Assembly (NCBI RefSeq): GCF_037902255.1 | Contig: NZ_CP147990.1 | Span: 270,001 to 302,000 of the forward strand | Reading direction: 5' to 3' | DNA length: 32,000 nt | From: Candidatus Electrothrix sp. GW3-4 | GTDB lineage: Bacteria > Desulfobacterota > Desulfobulbia > Desulfobulbales > Desulfobulbaceae | Shown here: one piece after another, positions 1 to 8,229 of the stretch | Position numbering within the stretch: the first letter of the stretch is position 1 | Layout: every line of letters begins with the position of its first letter | Translations under genes and position numbers: made by a program | Notes under the pieces: generated by a model | Database searches by the model: none | The model's input: only the letters and a program-made list of their open reading frames with translations | Told to the model about the DNA's origin: nothing

Positions 1-1094
1 GAACAGTGGATCGCCTCTTTGTTACCGGTGTGACCTCCATTACCCTGGACAGCATGACCAGCGGCTTTAATATCGGCGACAACATCACCTATCATCGGGA
101 TTTCAACCAGGCGATGGGCTTTACCGGCCATGAAGTGAAAGAGATGATTCGACCTTTTGTTGATGCCTGCGGGCTTGACAATCAGGAGATGATGGGCACA
201 CTCGGCAGATGGTATAACGGCTACCGTTTCAGCAGTCGCGTCGATGAGAAGATTTTTAACCCGGACATGGTGCTGTATTTCCTCAGGCATTTTGACATGG
301 GTGAGTGCTGTTTCCCGGAGCGAATGCTGGACGACAATATCGCCTCAGACTACGGAAAGATTATGCGGCTCTTCGGGATCGGCGACCGGGAGAGTAATTT
401 TCAGACCCTTGAGGAGTTGATCGTCAACGGCGAAATCGTCGGACGGCATAAGGGGAAACTTGACCTGGACATGAACAAGCCCTTTGAGCGCAACGACTTT
501 ATCAGTCTGCTCCTCTCTATGGGTTTTATTACCCTCAGCGGCACTGTGCTCAGTCAGTACCGTTATAAGGTGCCCAATTATGTTATTCAGAAGCTGTATT
601 ATGATTATTTCAGAGCGGAGATTGAGCGGCGTAGCCGGATTACGGTTTCAAGCCGTGCTGTTGAAAACGCTGTCGCCGAACTGGCCCTGCATAATAATAT
701 CAAGCCGCTGATTGAGGAAATCGGCAGGGTGCTGGCCTTATTTTCCAATCGTGATTTCATGCGCATGGATGAAAAACACATCAAGGCTGTGATCCTGACT
801 CTGCTGTACCAGTCTGAGGTCTATTTTATTCAGAGCGAGGCTGAGGTAAATAACCGCTACCCAGATATTCTCCTGCTAGAGCGCAACCCCATTGAGGTGC
901 GCTATCAGTTTCTCTTTGAGCTGAAATACAGTAAGAAAAAGGAGGGTCAGCGTGGCCTGGAGGAAAAACGAGCTGAAGGAATTACGCAGGTCAGGGCATA
1001 TCAGGAGCTTGCGGAGATCAGGAAGCTGCCTAAGCTGAAGTCCTACCTCCTGCTCACTGATGGCAGTGCGATTGAGGCGGTGGAGGTTGGGTGA
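1..1094 (+). CDS. AAA-ATPase-like / PD-(D/E)XK nuclease (DUF1703-type) protein, C-terminal part; 5' end outside window
   Basis: The reading frame of ORF 6..1094 is open to the window edge. 'FVTGVTSITLDSMTSGFNIGDNIT...GFTGHEVKEM' resembles the middle of the predicted AAA-ATPase family that is usually fused to a C-terminal PD-(D/E)XK domain. The C-terminus has 'YPDILLLE...FLFELKY' (D...E-x-K nuclease motif). Confidence 0.7.
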   Translation, partial: TVDRLFVTGVTSITLDSMTSGFNIGDNITYHRDFNQAMGFTGHEVKEMIRPFVDACGLDNQEMMGTLGRWYNGYRFSSRVDEKIFNPDMVLYFLRHFDMGECCFPERMLDDNIASDYGKIMRLFGIGDRESNFQTLEELIVNGEIVGRHKGKLDLDMNKPFERNDFISLLLSMGFITLSGTVLSQYRYKVPNYVIQKLYYDYFRAEIERRSRITVSSRAVENAVAELALHNNIKPLIEEIGRVLALFSNRDFMRMDEKHIKAVILTLLYQSEVYFIQSEAEVNNRYPDILLLERNPIEVRYQFLFELKYSKKKEGQRGLEEKRAEGITQVRAYQELAEIRKLPKLKSYLLLTDGSAIEAVEVG

Positions 1095-1291
1095 GGTGCT
1101 TTTGAAAATATGAAGCGGCATAGAAGATCAATAGGGTCAAATCAATCGAGTCTGACTCTATTGATTCTACACGGCAAACGCATGACTTGCTCAATAACTC
1201 CTGAAAGTTAACCGACCTTATAAATAATACGTGTGCTTCGCTTACCCTGGCTTTATAAGTGTCTTCCAAGATAAATTTCCAGGAGGCCAAC

Positions 1292-1848
1292 ATGACGGAG
1301 CCCGCTACAGCCGGTATTATAGAACACTTTGCAGTTTTGTCCGATCCGCGTATACATATTAACTCAACTTTCTGAGTTGATCAACCTGCCGTTATGTCGA
1401 TAAAAATGCATCGAATAGCCTTTTTAACAGAAAAAGACACCTCTGAAATCATTGCACTTTTTCATAAAATAATTGCAATTGAGCATAGTGTAATTAATAA
1501 TCAATGCGGCTGATGGCACCATATACCTTCGTAAATTCGGCACGATACATTAATTCAGAAAGTTGAGATATTAAAAAGAACGAGCATAAGCTCATTGATA
1601 TATCGCGGCGGTGATTTGCGATAGCTGTCAAAGGTAATCAACCGGGCCTGTTTCAGGCTGTTGACGATATTTTCGGCAGCGCAAGTGTAGAAAAACTGGA
1701 CAGTTCCGAGTTTGATTTTCAACGCAGCGACAATACAGACTACGGTCGCAATGAGATTCGCTGGTATCTGATGAGTGATAATTTGGAAGCAATCCCCATG
1801 CGTTGGGAATGGGACGGATGCCATGCAGGGATCGTTATGTACAATTAA
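1292..1848 (+). pseudogene. ISAs1-family (H-repeat-associated) transposase remnant: MITE insertion, large internal deletion, frameshift/stop, 3' truncation
   Basis: 1292..1360 reads 'MTEPATAGIIEHFAVLSDPRIHI'. After the 205-bp insert the frame continues 'KKNEHKLIDI', matching the conserved ISAs1 N-terminus (..DPR....EHKL.DIL..). This is joined directly to 'GGD' / 'AIAVKGNQPGLFQAV...YGRNEIRWYLMSD...WEWDG', which corresponds to the C-terminal third of the family (GGDY..AVKGNQ...HGR.E.R...W.GL). About 180 codons are therefore missing. There is an in-frame TGA at 1612..1614 with a frame change just after it. Homology stops at about 1848, where AT-rich DNA begins. Confidence 0.75.
1363..1567. mobile_element. 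MITE-like non-autonomous element (205 bp) with 13-bp perfect terminal inverted repeats and 7-bp target-site duplication
   Basis: The terminal inverted repeats are CTCAACTTTCTGA (1363..1375) and TCAGAAAGTTGAG (1555..1567). They are flanked by the direct repeat ATATTAA (1356..1362 and 1568..1574). The interior is AT-rich with no ORF. Deleting the element plus one repeat copy restores the conserved transposase reading frame (..DPRIHI|KKNEHKLIDI..). Confidence 0.8.
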
Positions 1849-1853
1849 AGAGA

Positions 1854-2951
1854 ATGAAAAGAACAAGATTTGAAGAATTAGATGTATTGAGAGGTTTAGC
1901 CGCTATAATGGTAGTTTTTTTCCATTATACAATGGGTAGAAATCAAGCCGATTTGGGCTTTAAATTAGGAACAACTGGAGTAGATTTATTTTTTATAATT
2001 AGTGGATTTGTTATTCTATTAAGCCTTGAGCATGTTGAAAAATCAGGGCAATTTGTAATAAATAGAATAAGTAGATTGTATCCAACATACTGGGCAAGCG
2101 TTTCCATAACTTTTTCAATGTTGTTGCTATGTGGCATATATAAAATGGACTTTAGTGACGTAAGTATTGTTCAGTATTTTGGTAACATGACAATGTTTCA
2201 ATTTTACTTGAAAATCCAAAATATGGATGGTCCATATTGGACTATGATTATAGAGATGTTATTTTACATCTTCATGCTAATTATATTTCACTTTAAATTT
2301 TTAAACCATTTGAATAAAATTGGAGTATTCTTAATAGTTTTTATTGTTTTACTTACGTACTTCCAGTTTGATAATATTTGGGTCAAGAGATTATTTTATG
2401 GAATTCCTGTCTTGCAGTTCTGGCCGTTATTTTTTACGGGTATTTTATTTTATAAAATAATCAAGAGAAATATAAATCGAATAAAGTATTATGGAATGAT
2501 AATTCTTTGTTTATTTTCTCAAATTATTCTTTTTGATTATTCTGGGCGTTCTAAATATTTTATAGACTTTTATGAATATGCGTTTATGCTGATTTTTTAT
2601 TTTTCTTTGTTTACTCTATTGGTCAATGGAAGACTGAAATTCATCATCAATAGTCCTTCCTTGTTTTTGGGTAAAATCTCTTTCGCATTATATTTAATTC
2701 ATCAAAGGATATCGCTTAGATTTATTATACCATTTTTGACCAAAAAACTGAGTCTTAATTTCTGGTTATCTTCAGCCATTGCACTATTTTTATCAATAGG
2801 AATTGCAACTTGTATTACATATCTTATTGAAGTTCCTTGTAATCGAAAAATGAGAAAGAAACTGTACACAACATTGTATAAACGACCGTTTATACGGAAC
2901 CGTTATAGGCAACGCTTCGACTTAGAAAATGAGAAAATGGGGTCAGAGTAA
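1854..2951 (+). CDS. Acyltransferase family 3 (O-acyltransferase, polytopic membrane protein)
   Basis: 'MKRTRFEELDVLRGLAAIMVVFFHY' is the typical acyltransferase_3 N-terminus (D.lRg.A...V...H). The rest is about 10 hydrophobic segments. The ATG at 1854 is preferred over 1803 because 1803..1853 lies in the IS remnant. The gene is visibly very AT-rich compared with its flanks. Confidence 0.8.
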   Translation: MKRTRFEELDVLRGLAAIMVVFFHYTMGRNQADLGFKLGTTGVDLFFIISGFVILLSLEHVEKSGQFVINRISRLYPTYWASVSITFSMLLLCGIYKMDFSDVSIVQYFGNMTMFQFYLKIQNMDGPYWTMIIEMLFYIFMLIIFHFKFLNHLNKIGVFLIVFIVLLTYFQFDNIWVKRLFYGIPVLQFWPLFFTGILFYKIIKRNINRIKYYGMIILCLFSQIILFDYSGRSKYFIDFYEYAFMLIFYFSLFTLLVNGRLKFIINSPSLFLGKISFALYLIHQRISLRFIIPFLTKKLSLNFWLSSAIALFLSIGIATCITYLIEVPCNRKMRKKLYTTLYKRPFIRNRYRQRFDLENEKMGSE

Positions 2952-3285
2952 AAAATAAGCCTTGTTTAATAAATAAGGACAACTAAGGGATAGACCCCGT
3001 TTTTGCAAAAAATATAAGTACCGCTATGGGTTACATTCGGATAGTTCTGCTTGGGTAAAACGAAAGCAGACAGCTCATTCCTTAAATTATCTAATTTTGC
3101 TACGCTCAATCAGGCCTGCTCATTTTCAAGGCTCCCTGCAACTCTCTCACTTCCCCCCGACCCCTCCAACTCCACACGGAAATTGCATTGTACCCCCTCC
3201 TGTTACGGTGTATAGTGTTCGTTATGCTTGACGGTTCTGTATACCATCCCCGATTCCCAAGACATACCAAACAACCCGGTCGATC

Positions 3286-4170
3286 ATGCGAGTAGCCAAC
3301 CCCATATACGACGTTGTTTTCAAATTCCTGATGGGCGATATGCGCATCGCCAAGCTGATCCTCTCCAAAATCCTTGACCAGGAAATCGAAACCCTGGAGT
3401 TCAAGCCCACCGAGTTCAGAAAGAAGATCGGCCTGAACCTCACCGTCTTTCGCATCGACTTCTCCGCTGTGATCCGCCAAGAGGACGGCAGCCGCAAACT
3501 GGTCCTGATCGAAATCCAGAAGGCCAAGCTGCCCACAGACATCATGCGTTTCCGCAAGTATCTCGGCGGTCATTATCAGGACCCGAACAACGTCTACCCC
3601 ACAGACGACAATGCCGAAGAAAAAGCCCTGCCCATCATCTGCATTTACTTCCTGGGACATCCTTTGCAACATACTGAAAGCCCGGTAGTCAAGGTGAAGC
3701 GCAGCTACATTGATGCCGTTACCCGAGAAAAATTAACCTGCCAAGAAGATTTCATAGAAAGTCTCACTCACGACAGCTATATCATTCAAATCCCCCGGCT
3801 CAGGGAAAACCGCCGCAATGAGCTGGAGATCCTTCTTAGCATCTTTGACCAGAGTCAACAGGTTGTCAACAACCGACATTTCCTGAATCTGGACGAGAAA
3901 GCCTATCCTGAAGAGTTCCGAATAGTGATCCGCCGTCTCCTCAAAGCCGCAGTGGAAGAGGATGTCTGCGAGACTATGGACCTGGAAGATGATATCCTTG
4001 ACGAGCTGGAATCCCTTGAACGGGCCGTCTTGAAGAAAGAAAAGGCCCTTGAGGAACAGGGCAAGGTTATTGAAGAACAGAGCAAATCCCTGACCAAGGC
4101 AGTGCAGGCCCTTGTCGATTCCGGGATGACGGAGTCTGAAGCGAAAAGCTGTCTCGGGTTATCCTCTTAA
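3286..4170 (+). CDS. PD-(D/E)XK nuclease family protein (PDDEXK_2 / Rpn-like 'transposase-like' nuclease)
   Basis: The N-terminus 'NPIYDVVFKFLMGD..IAKLILSKIL' is typical of the family. The core 'FRIDFSAVIRQEDGSRKLVLIEIQKAK' gives D...E-x-K. The C-terminal tail is acidic coiled-coil. Confidence 0.7.
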   Translation: MRVANPIYDVVFKFLMGDMRIAKLILSKILDQEIETLEFKPTEFRKKIGLNLTVFRIDFSAVIRQEDGSRKLVLIEIQKAKLPTDIMRFRKYLGGHYQDPNNVYPTDDNAEEKALPIICIYFLGHPLQHTESPVVKVKRSYIDAVTREKLTCQEDFIESLTHDSYIIQIPRLRENRRNELEILLSIFDQSQQVVNNRHFLNLDEKAYPEEFRIVIRRLLKAAVEEDVCETMDLEDDILDELESLERAVLKKEKALEEQGKVIEEQSKSLTKAVQALVDSGMTESEAKSCLGLSS

Positions 4171-4210
4171 AACAGAGAGGGGATTATTTCAACGATACGG
4201 GAAACAGGTG

Positions 4211-4290
4211 AAAAACAGGTTCTCTCCCTCTCCACTACTGACAAACAAGGTGCTGAGTCGAGTATGATTCAGGGCCTTTCTTTTATCTCC
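4211..4290 (+). repeat. Intergenic hairpin repeat, copy 1 (terminator-like), 41 nt after the stop of 3286..4170
   Basis: The core 'caaacaaggtgctgagtcgagtatgattcagggcctttcttttatc' aligns with copy 2 at 6073..6150. It has an imperfect stem 4247..4256 / 4269..4278 followed by a T-rich run. Confidence 0.55.
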
Positions 4291-4367
4291 TCCATATCCT
4301 TGCCCTGTGTGCATACATCAGGTAATATTCTCTTACGGAAAAATAAAGCTGTATCAGGAAGAAAACC

Positions 4368-4670
4368 ATGCTGACAAAAGAAAAAATAACCGAGATCCTA
4401 CGAGGGAAATATCCCTATCTCATTGCAGAATATGGCGTAAAAAGGATAGGCTTGTTCGGATCTTATGTTAAAGGCGAGCAGACTGAAGAAAGCGATGTTG
4501 ACTTGGTGGCGGAATTTGAACGCCCGATCGGTCTTCGATTTGTCGAGTTTACAGAATACATTGAAGAGTTGTTGGGAAAAAAGGCGGATGTTCTGACGCC
4601 GGAAGGAGTACGAAGGATAACGGTAAAAAGAATCGCCCGCGATATTGAGCAGAGTATTATCTATGTCTAA
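4368..4670 (+). CDS. mntA: MntA-type nucleotidyltransferase antitoxin (type VII TA)
   Basis: 'GLFGSYVKGEQTEESDVDLVAEF' is the GS-x(n)-DxD minimal nucleotidyltransferase motif. There is an AGGAAG RBS upstream. The stop overlaps the start of the following DUF86 gene (ATGTCTAA). Confidence 0.85.
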   Translation: MLTKEKITEILRGKYPYLIAEYGVKRIGLFGSYVKGEQTEESDVDLVAEFERPIGLRFVEFTEYIEELLGKKADVLTPEGVRRITVKRIARDIEQSIIYV

Positions 4671-5023
4671 AAGAACGGATAGTGACTTTTTGAGTCATAT
4701 CAGTGAGGCATTGCAACGAATAACTGCCTACACGACAACAATGAGCAGTGCTAACTTCTTTGAGGATATAAAAAACGCAGGATGCTGTTATCCGAAATCT
4801 TGAGATAATCGGAGAGGCCACGAAAAATCTTTCCGAGACGATCAGGGATAATCACCCAGAAATTCCCTGGAAAAATATTGCCGGGATGAGAGACAGGCTT
4901 ATCCATCAGTATTTTGGCGTGAATCTTGATATCGTCTGGGACGTTGCAAAGGAAGAATTGCCGCAACTGCTTCTGCATATACGCAACATTGAGAAGGTGT
5001 TGCAGAATGAGGAGAAAAAATGA
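4663..5023 (+). pseudogene. hepT: HepT (DUF86) RNase toxin, interrupted by a +1 frameshift in an A6 run
   Basis: Frame 1 reads 'MSKRTDSDFLSHISEALQRITAYTTTMSSANFFEDIK' and then stops. The next frame continues 'TQDAVIRNLEIIGEATKNLSETIRDNHPEIPWKNIAGMRDRLIHQYFGVNLDIVWDV..', with the R-x4-H-x-Y motif. The total length is 361 nt, one base too many. The switch lies at the A6 run 4770..4775. Confidence 0.8.
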
Positions 5024-5259
5024 AGCCAGTCAGGTAGATCTGCTTGAGTGTAATGAAAGCGGACAACGCATTGCCCGAATTTATCTGATTCCATTTTGCT
5101 CAATCAAGCCTATGCAACTGTCACAGCTGATACGGAACAAGAAGAGTTATATCAGTAATATTCAGTATCATAGCCTGTATTCACTTATGTTGCTACAGGC
5201 TGCTCATAAAGAGAGTTTAACGAGGAAGTTAACCATAACGTCAACAAAGGAGACTGATC

Positions 5260-5511
5260 GTGGGAATTCTATCGTGGATCATAATGGGGCTGATTGTTGG
5301 TGCGCTCGCAAAATTCATCATGCCTGGGAAAGATCCTGGAGGAATTATTGTAACTATCCTGATTGGCATAGCAGGAGCTTTCGTGGGTGGTTACATCGGG
5401 ACCTTTCTGGGGCTTGGAGCCGTGACAGGCTTTAATCTTGGCAGTCTCCTCTTGGCCACCGGTGGTGGTATTATCCTCTTGGCCTTGTACCGTGTCATAA
5501 AAAAGAAGTAA
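5260..5511 (+). CDS. GlsB/YeaQ/YmgE family (transglycosylase-associated) small stress membrane protein
   Basis: 'GILSWIIMGLIVGALAKFIMPGKDPGGIIVTILIGIAGAFVGGYIG' is the family signature. The gene has a GTG start and an AAGGAG RBS at 5247..5252. Confidence 0.85.
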   Translation: MGILSWIIMGLIVGALAKFIMPGKDPGGIIVTILIGIAGAFVGGYIGTFLGLGAVTGFNLGSLLLATGGGIILLALYRVIKKK

Positions 5512-5522
5512 CCTTTTGGGGA

Positions 5523-5551
5523 CGCAGAGCTTGCTGTGACCAAGCTCTGCG
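5523..5551 (+). terminator. Stem-loop after the YeaQ-like gene (11-bp perfect stem, no clear U-tract)
   Basis: cgcagagcttg (5523..5533) pairs with caagctctgcg (5541..5551) around a 7-nt loop, 12 nt after the stop codon. No T-run follows, so terminator function is uncertain. Confidence 0.3.
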
Positions 5552-5670
5552 CTCTAAAAACAGATTGTCTATGAAAGAGTTTTTTTTTCAGCTCTCGCTC
5601 CAATGTGGATTCATACCAATATGGTCTTGTTTTCCGATGAAATCACCACAGCTATACGAGGTCCTCTCCC

Positions 5671-5997
5671 ATGATTTTTGAAGAAGAACATATGTCTGTT
5701 TCAGACTGGCTGGATGAAAAGGCGGCAGAGGGCGTGGATGTGTCGCAAATCGAACTGCCCGCAGATGTGGCCTTTAATGAAGATCCCGATGAGACGATCT
5801 TTTTCAAAGAGATCCTCCCTTGCACTTTTCTTTGCCCTGAAAACCATCCCTTTTCCAAAGTCCAACGGTTTGGGCACTGGTATTCGTGTACAGGTCAGGA
5901 TAAGAAGGCAGGTATTCATTCCACAAAAATGAAGTGGCGATTGTTTACCAAAGATAAAGAGCAGGCTCTCCAGGTTGCCCGGGCGCATATTGAATAG
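5671..5997 (+). CDS. Hypothetical small protein (108 aa)
   Basis: This is the longest ORF in an otherwise empty interval, on the same strand as its neighbours. I recognise no motif. The start is uncertain (alternative ATG at 5692). Confidence 0.4.
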   Translation: MIFEEEHMSVSDWLDEKAAEGVDVSQIELPADVAFNEDPDETIFFKEILPCTFLCPENHPFSKVQRFGHWYSCTGQDKKAGIHSTKMKWRLFTKDKEQALQVARAHIE

Positions 5998-6072
5998 GAT
6001 GAGCAAAGATAGAGCTTCGGTGAAGATGCGGATGATCTCCCTCCCTGCTGATACCGGACAGAAGCCATTGGC

Positions 6073-6150
6073 AAAAGAGACGGTCCCCTCTCTATGGGCA
6101 AACAAGGTCCTGGATCTCGCATGATTCAGGACCTTGTTTCGTTTCCTCTG
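6073..6150 (+). repeat. Intergenic hairpin repeat, copy 2 (terminator-like)
   Basis: A perfect 9-bp stem, aaggtcctg (6104..6112) / caggacctt (6127..6135), is followed by gtttcgtttcc. The flanks and loop ('caaacaagg...atgattcagg') match copy 1. Confidence 0.55.
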
Positions 6151-6264
6151 CTCACCTGAGCTGAAATGGCCAAAGCACAATTCTCTTGCCTGGAATCAGC
6201 TGAATATATGGACTATAAGGCAGAAAGCCCAGATAATAAATGGTAGGTCAAACGGCGGAGAAAC

Positions 6265-8229
6265 ATGTACAGGCAACAACATATAACGATCTTTATCCTC
6301 CTCTTTTTTGCGCTCTTTTCTTTGCCAACAGCGGCGTACTCCTTTGATAAAGATGTCGCTGATAGCCGATGGGCTGCTGTTCGGGATACAGGGGAGGAAG
6401 CAACCTTCCTTATCCATCTCTTTTTGACAGAAAGGATGCCCGGAGAGTATCCGCATAAGGTCAGAAAACGATTCCGGGAAATTGCCAGCCGGAGCGATGC
6501 GCTTTACTTGCTCGATAGACTGCTTGGTCCTGCGCAAAAGAAGGAGCATGCCTTTGCCTATACCCTGCTGAAGGAAGTAGCTGATCAAGATCTCAGCGAG
6601 TTGTTTGAAGAATATTTTTATCGTACAGCTGATCAGGACATACAGAATAAACTCTTCAATCTGATGACGAGGAAAAATTCATTAAGAGCATTCAGAAATG
6701 CAAGAGGATGTATTAACCAGCTGTTCCAACAGGGGCGTGACGATGAGGCGATTGCCTACCTTGATTATATAGTACGATTTGACCACCCTGATATTCGGAG
6801 CGAATTGATAACAGACGCTTCATCGGCATCGAATATTGTCCGGGCTGTAAGCTATGTCGCTTTACGAAATTATCCAGACATGGAAGTTCGTTCGATCATT
6901 GATAATGCCTTATCTTCTGAATTTTCATCAGCAGCAGATGAAGCTATTGGAAACTCTCCCTCAAGGAAGAGAGGGCAGCAAAGCATAGACGATATTTTGC
7001 GAGAGATACTTAAAACAGGCAAGAGGGAATTAGAAAAGAGCTGGCTGGATCAAAACGATAGGAAAATACGGAGAGAAAGGAGTGAAGAGGACTCGCCGCA
7101 GCAGGCCGAGGCCGTTACTGCATATGCTTCAGACCTGGAGCTCGCAGCTCAATATGCACCTCACCTCTTATTGTCTGGGCCGGGTATTATCGGGGTAGAT
7201 ATCAGAGAGGATCCTGACTATCCATACACCGATTATATCCCAATTGATGTTAATAATGTTACGACAAATCCAGAGAAGAAAATTAATATAAATTTGGCAA
7301 CTGCTGTTCTATATAACGAGACGACCTATGGGCCCGGTGATGTCCCCCTGGGGGATGGCGCCCTAGATATTATTGGCGATGCAGTATTTCGATCCTCAGC
7401 AAATTATCTTGATTTCTCTCCCTTATGGGATGGGCTGTTCACGACCGTGAGTAGCGGATATAAAACCTTATCGCTTGATCCCACGGTATATTTTAAAGTT
7501 TTTCGGAACGCTAGCAAGGAGAATTCGATTGCTGTTCAATATTGGTTCTTTTATTATTACAACGATTGGCTTAACGATCATCCAGGGGATTGGGAAACCA
7601 TAACGATTTTTCTGAATGGCTCTGGTGAACCTGCTGAGGTCGCATTTTCAACCCATTATGAAGCGAGCAGATATTCTTGGGCAAATATTGAGCTTGATAA
7701 TGCTACGCATGCGAAGGTTTATATTTCTAACGGAGGGCACGGTTCCTATTACCAATCTGGTAATACTTCGTATTTTGATACCCCGTTAGGTAATATTAAC
7801 GATAATCATATGGGGGACAAAGAGGTACTGAGTTATGTTGGTGCTGATTATACCCTGATAGATTTGCAGGAATTAGAGAGTACTGACGAGAATTGGATTT
7901 GGTTTGAAGGTCGCTGGGGCGATGAAGACAGTGCGTCTCAAGGACCACATCTGAGGACAGACGCACCTACGGCCAATGACTGGGGCTTGGCAAATAATCC
8001 CCCATATGATCCTTATAATATGTGTGAACCAAGATATCAGGCGCATATTTATGGGGATGCCATGAATAATGGACCATGGTATTGGGGAGCAGGCTATGGG
8101 CTCGATACCCCTTGGGACAGTGCAGATGACTGCGAGCCCATAGTTGATTCGGTTGAGTCGGCGTTTTCGTGGAATCTCTTTCTTCCTGCTCTTCTCGGTG
8201 CGACTCTTTCAGCTGCAAGAGCCCGCTAA
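6265..8229 (+). CDS. Secreted protein with C-terminal Vps62/DUF946-like domain
   Basis: The N-terminal signal peptide is 'ITIFILLFFALFSLPTAAYS'. 'AAQYAPHLLLS' and 'VQYWFFYYYNDWLNDHPGDWETITIFL...VAFSTHYE...ISNGGHGSY' match the Y.FFY.YN....H.GDWE pattern I associate with Vps62/DUF946. The N-terminal ~300 aa are helical and unassigned. Confidence 0.6.
   Translation: MYRQQHITIFILLFFALFSLPTAAYSFDKDVADSRWAAVRDTGEEATFLIHLFLTERMPGEYPHKVRKRFREIASRSDALYLLDRLLGPAQKKEHAFAYTLLKEVADQDLSELFEEYFYRTADQDIQNKLFNLMTRKNSLRAFRNARGCINQLFQQGRDDEAIAYLDYIVRFDHPDIRSELITDASSASNIVRAVSYVALRNYPDMEVRSIIDNALSSEFSSAADEAIGNSPSRKRGQQSIDDILREILKTGKRELEKSWLDQNDRKIRRERSEEDSPQQAEAVTAYASDLELAAQYAPHLLLSGPGIIGVDIREDPDYPYTDYIPIDVNNVTTNPEKKININLATAVLYNETTYGPGDVPLGDGALDIIGDAVFRSSANYLDFSPLWDGLFTTVSSGYKTLSLDPTVYFKVFRNASKENSIAVQYWFFYYYNDWLNDHPGDWETITIFLNGSGEPAEVAFSTHYEASRYSWANIELDNATHAKVYISNGGHGSYYQSGNTSYFDTPLGNINDNHMGDKEVLSYVGADYTLIDLQELESTDENWIWFEGRWGDEDSASQGPHLRTDAPTANDWGLANNPPYDPYNMCEPRYQAHIYGDAMNNGPWYWGAGYGLDTPWDSADDCEPIVDSVESAFSWNLFLPALLGATLSAARAR

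Noticed and set aside
1555-1866. Minus-strand 103-aa ORF, and the 1803 start of the acyltransferase ORF.
   Set aside because: The plus strand here clearly encodes ISAs1 transposase remnants. The acyltransferase homology begins at the ATG at 1854.
3106-3672. Minus-strand 188-aa and 111-aa ORFs.
   Set aside because: They are antisense to the PD-(D/E)XK gene and have no recognisable features.
4926-5435. Plus-strand 169-aa ORF.
   Set aside because: It spans the hepT 3' end, the intergenic region and the YeaQ-like gene out of frame, so it is an artefact.
5678-6180. ORFs 5678..5932 (+) and 5701..6180 (-) overlapping the 108-aa hypothetical.
   Set aside because: They are mutually exclusive with 5671..5997. 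The minus ORF runs through the terminator-like repeat. None has motifs, so the same-strand ORF was kept, at low confidence only.
8169-8229. The C-terminal hydrophobic tail of the Vps62-like protein as a PEP-CTERM or sortase-type sorting signal.
   Set aside because: No PEP or LPXTG motif precedes the hydrophobic stretch.
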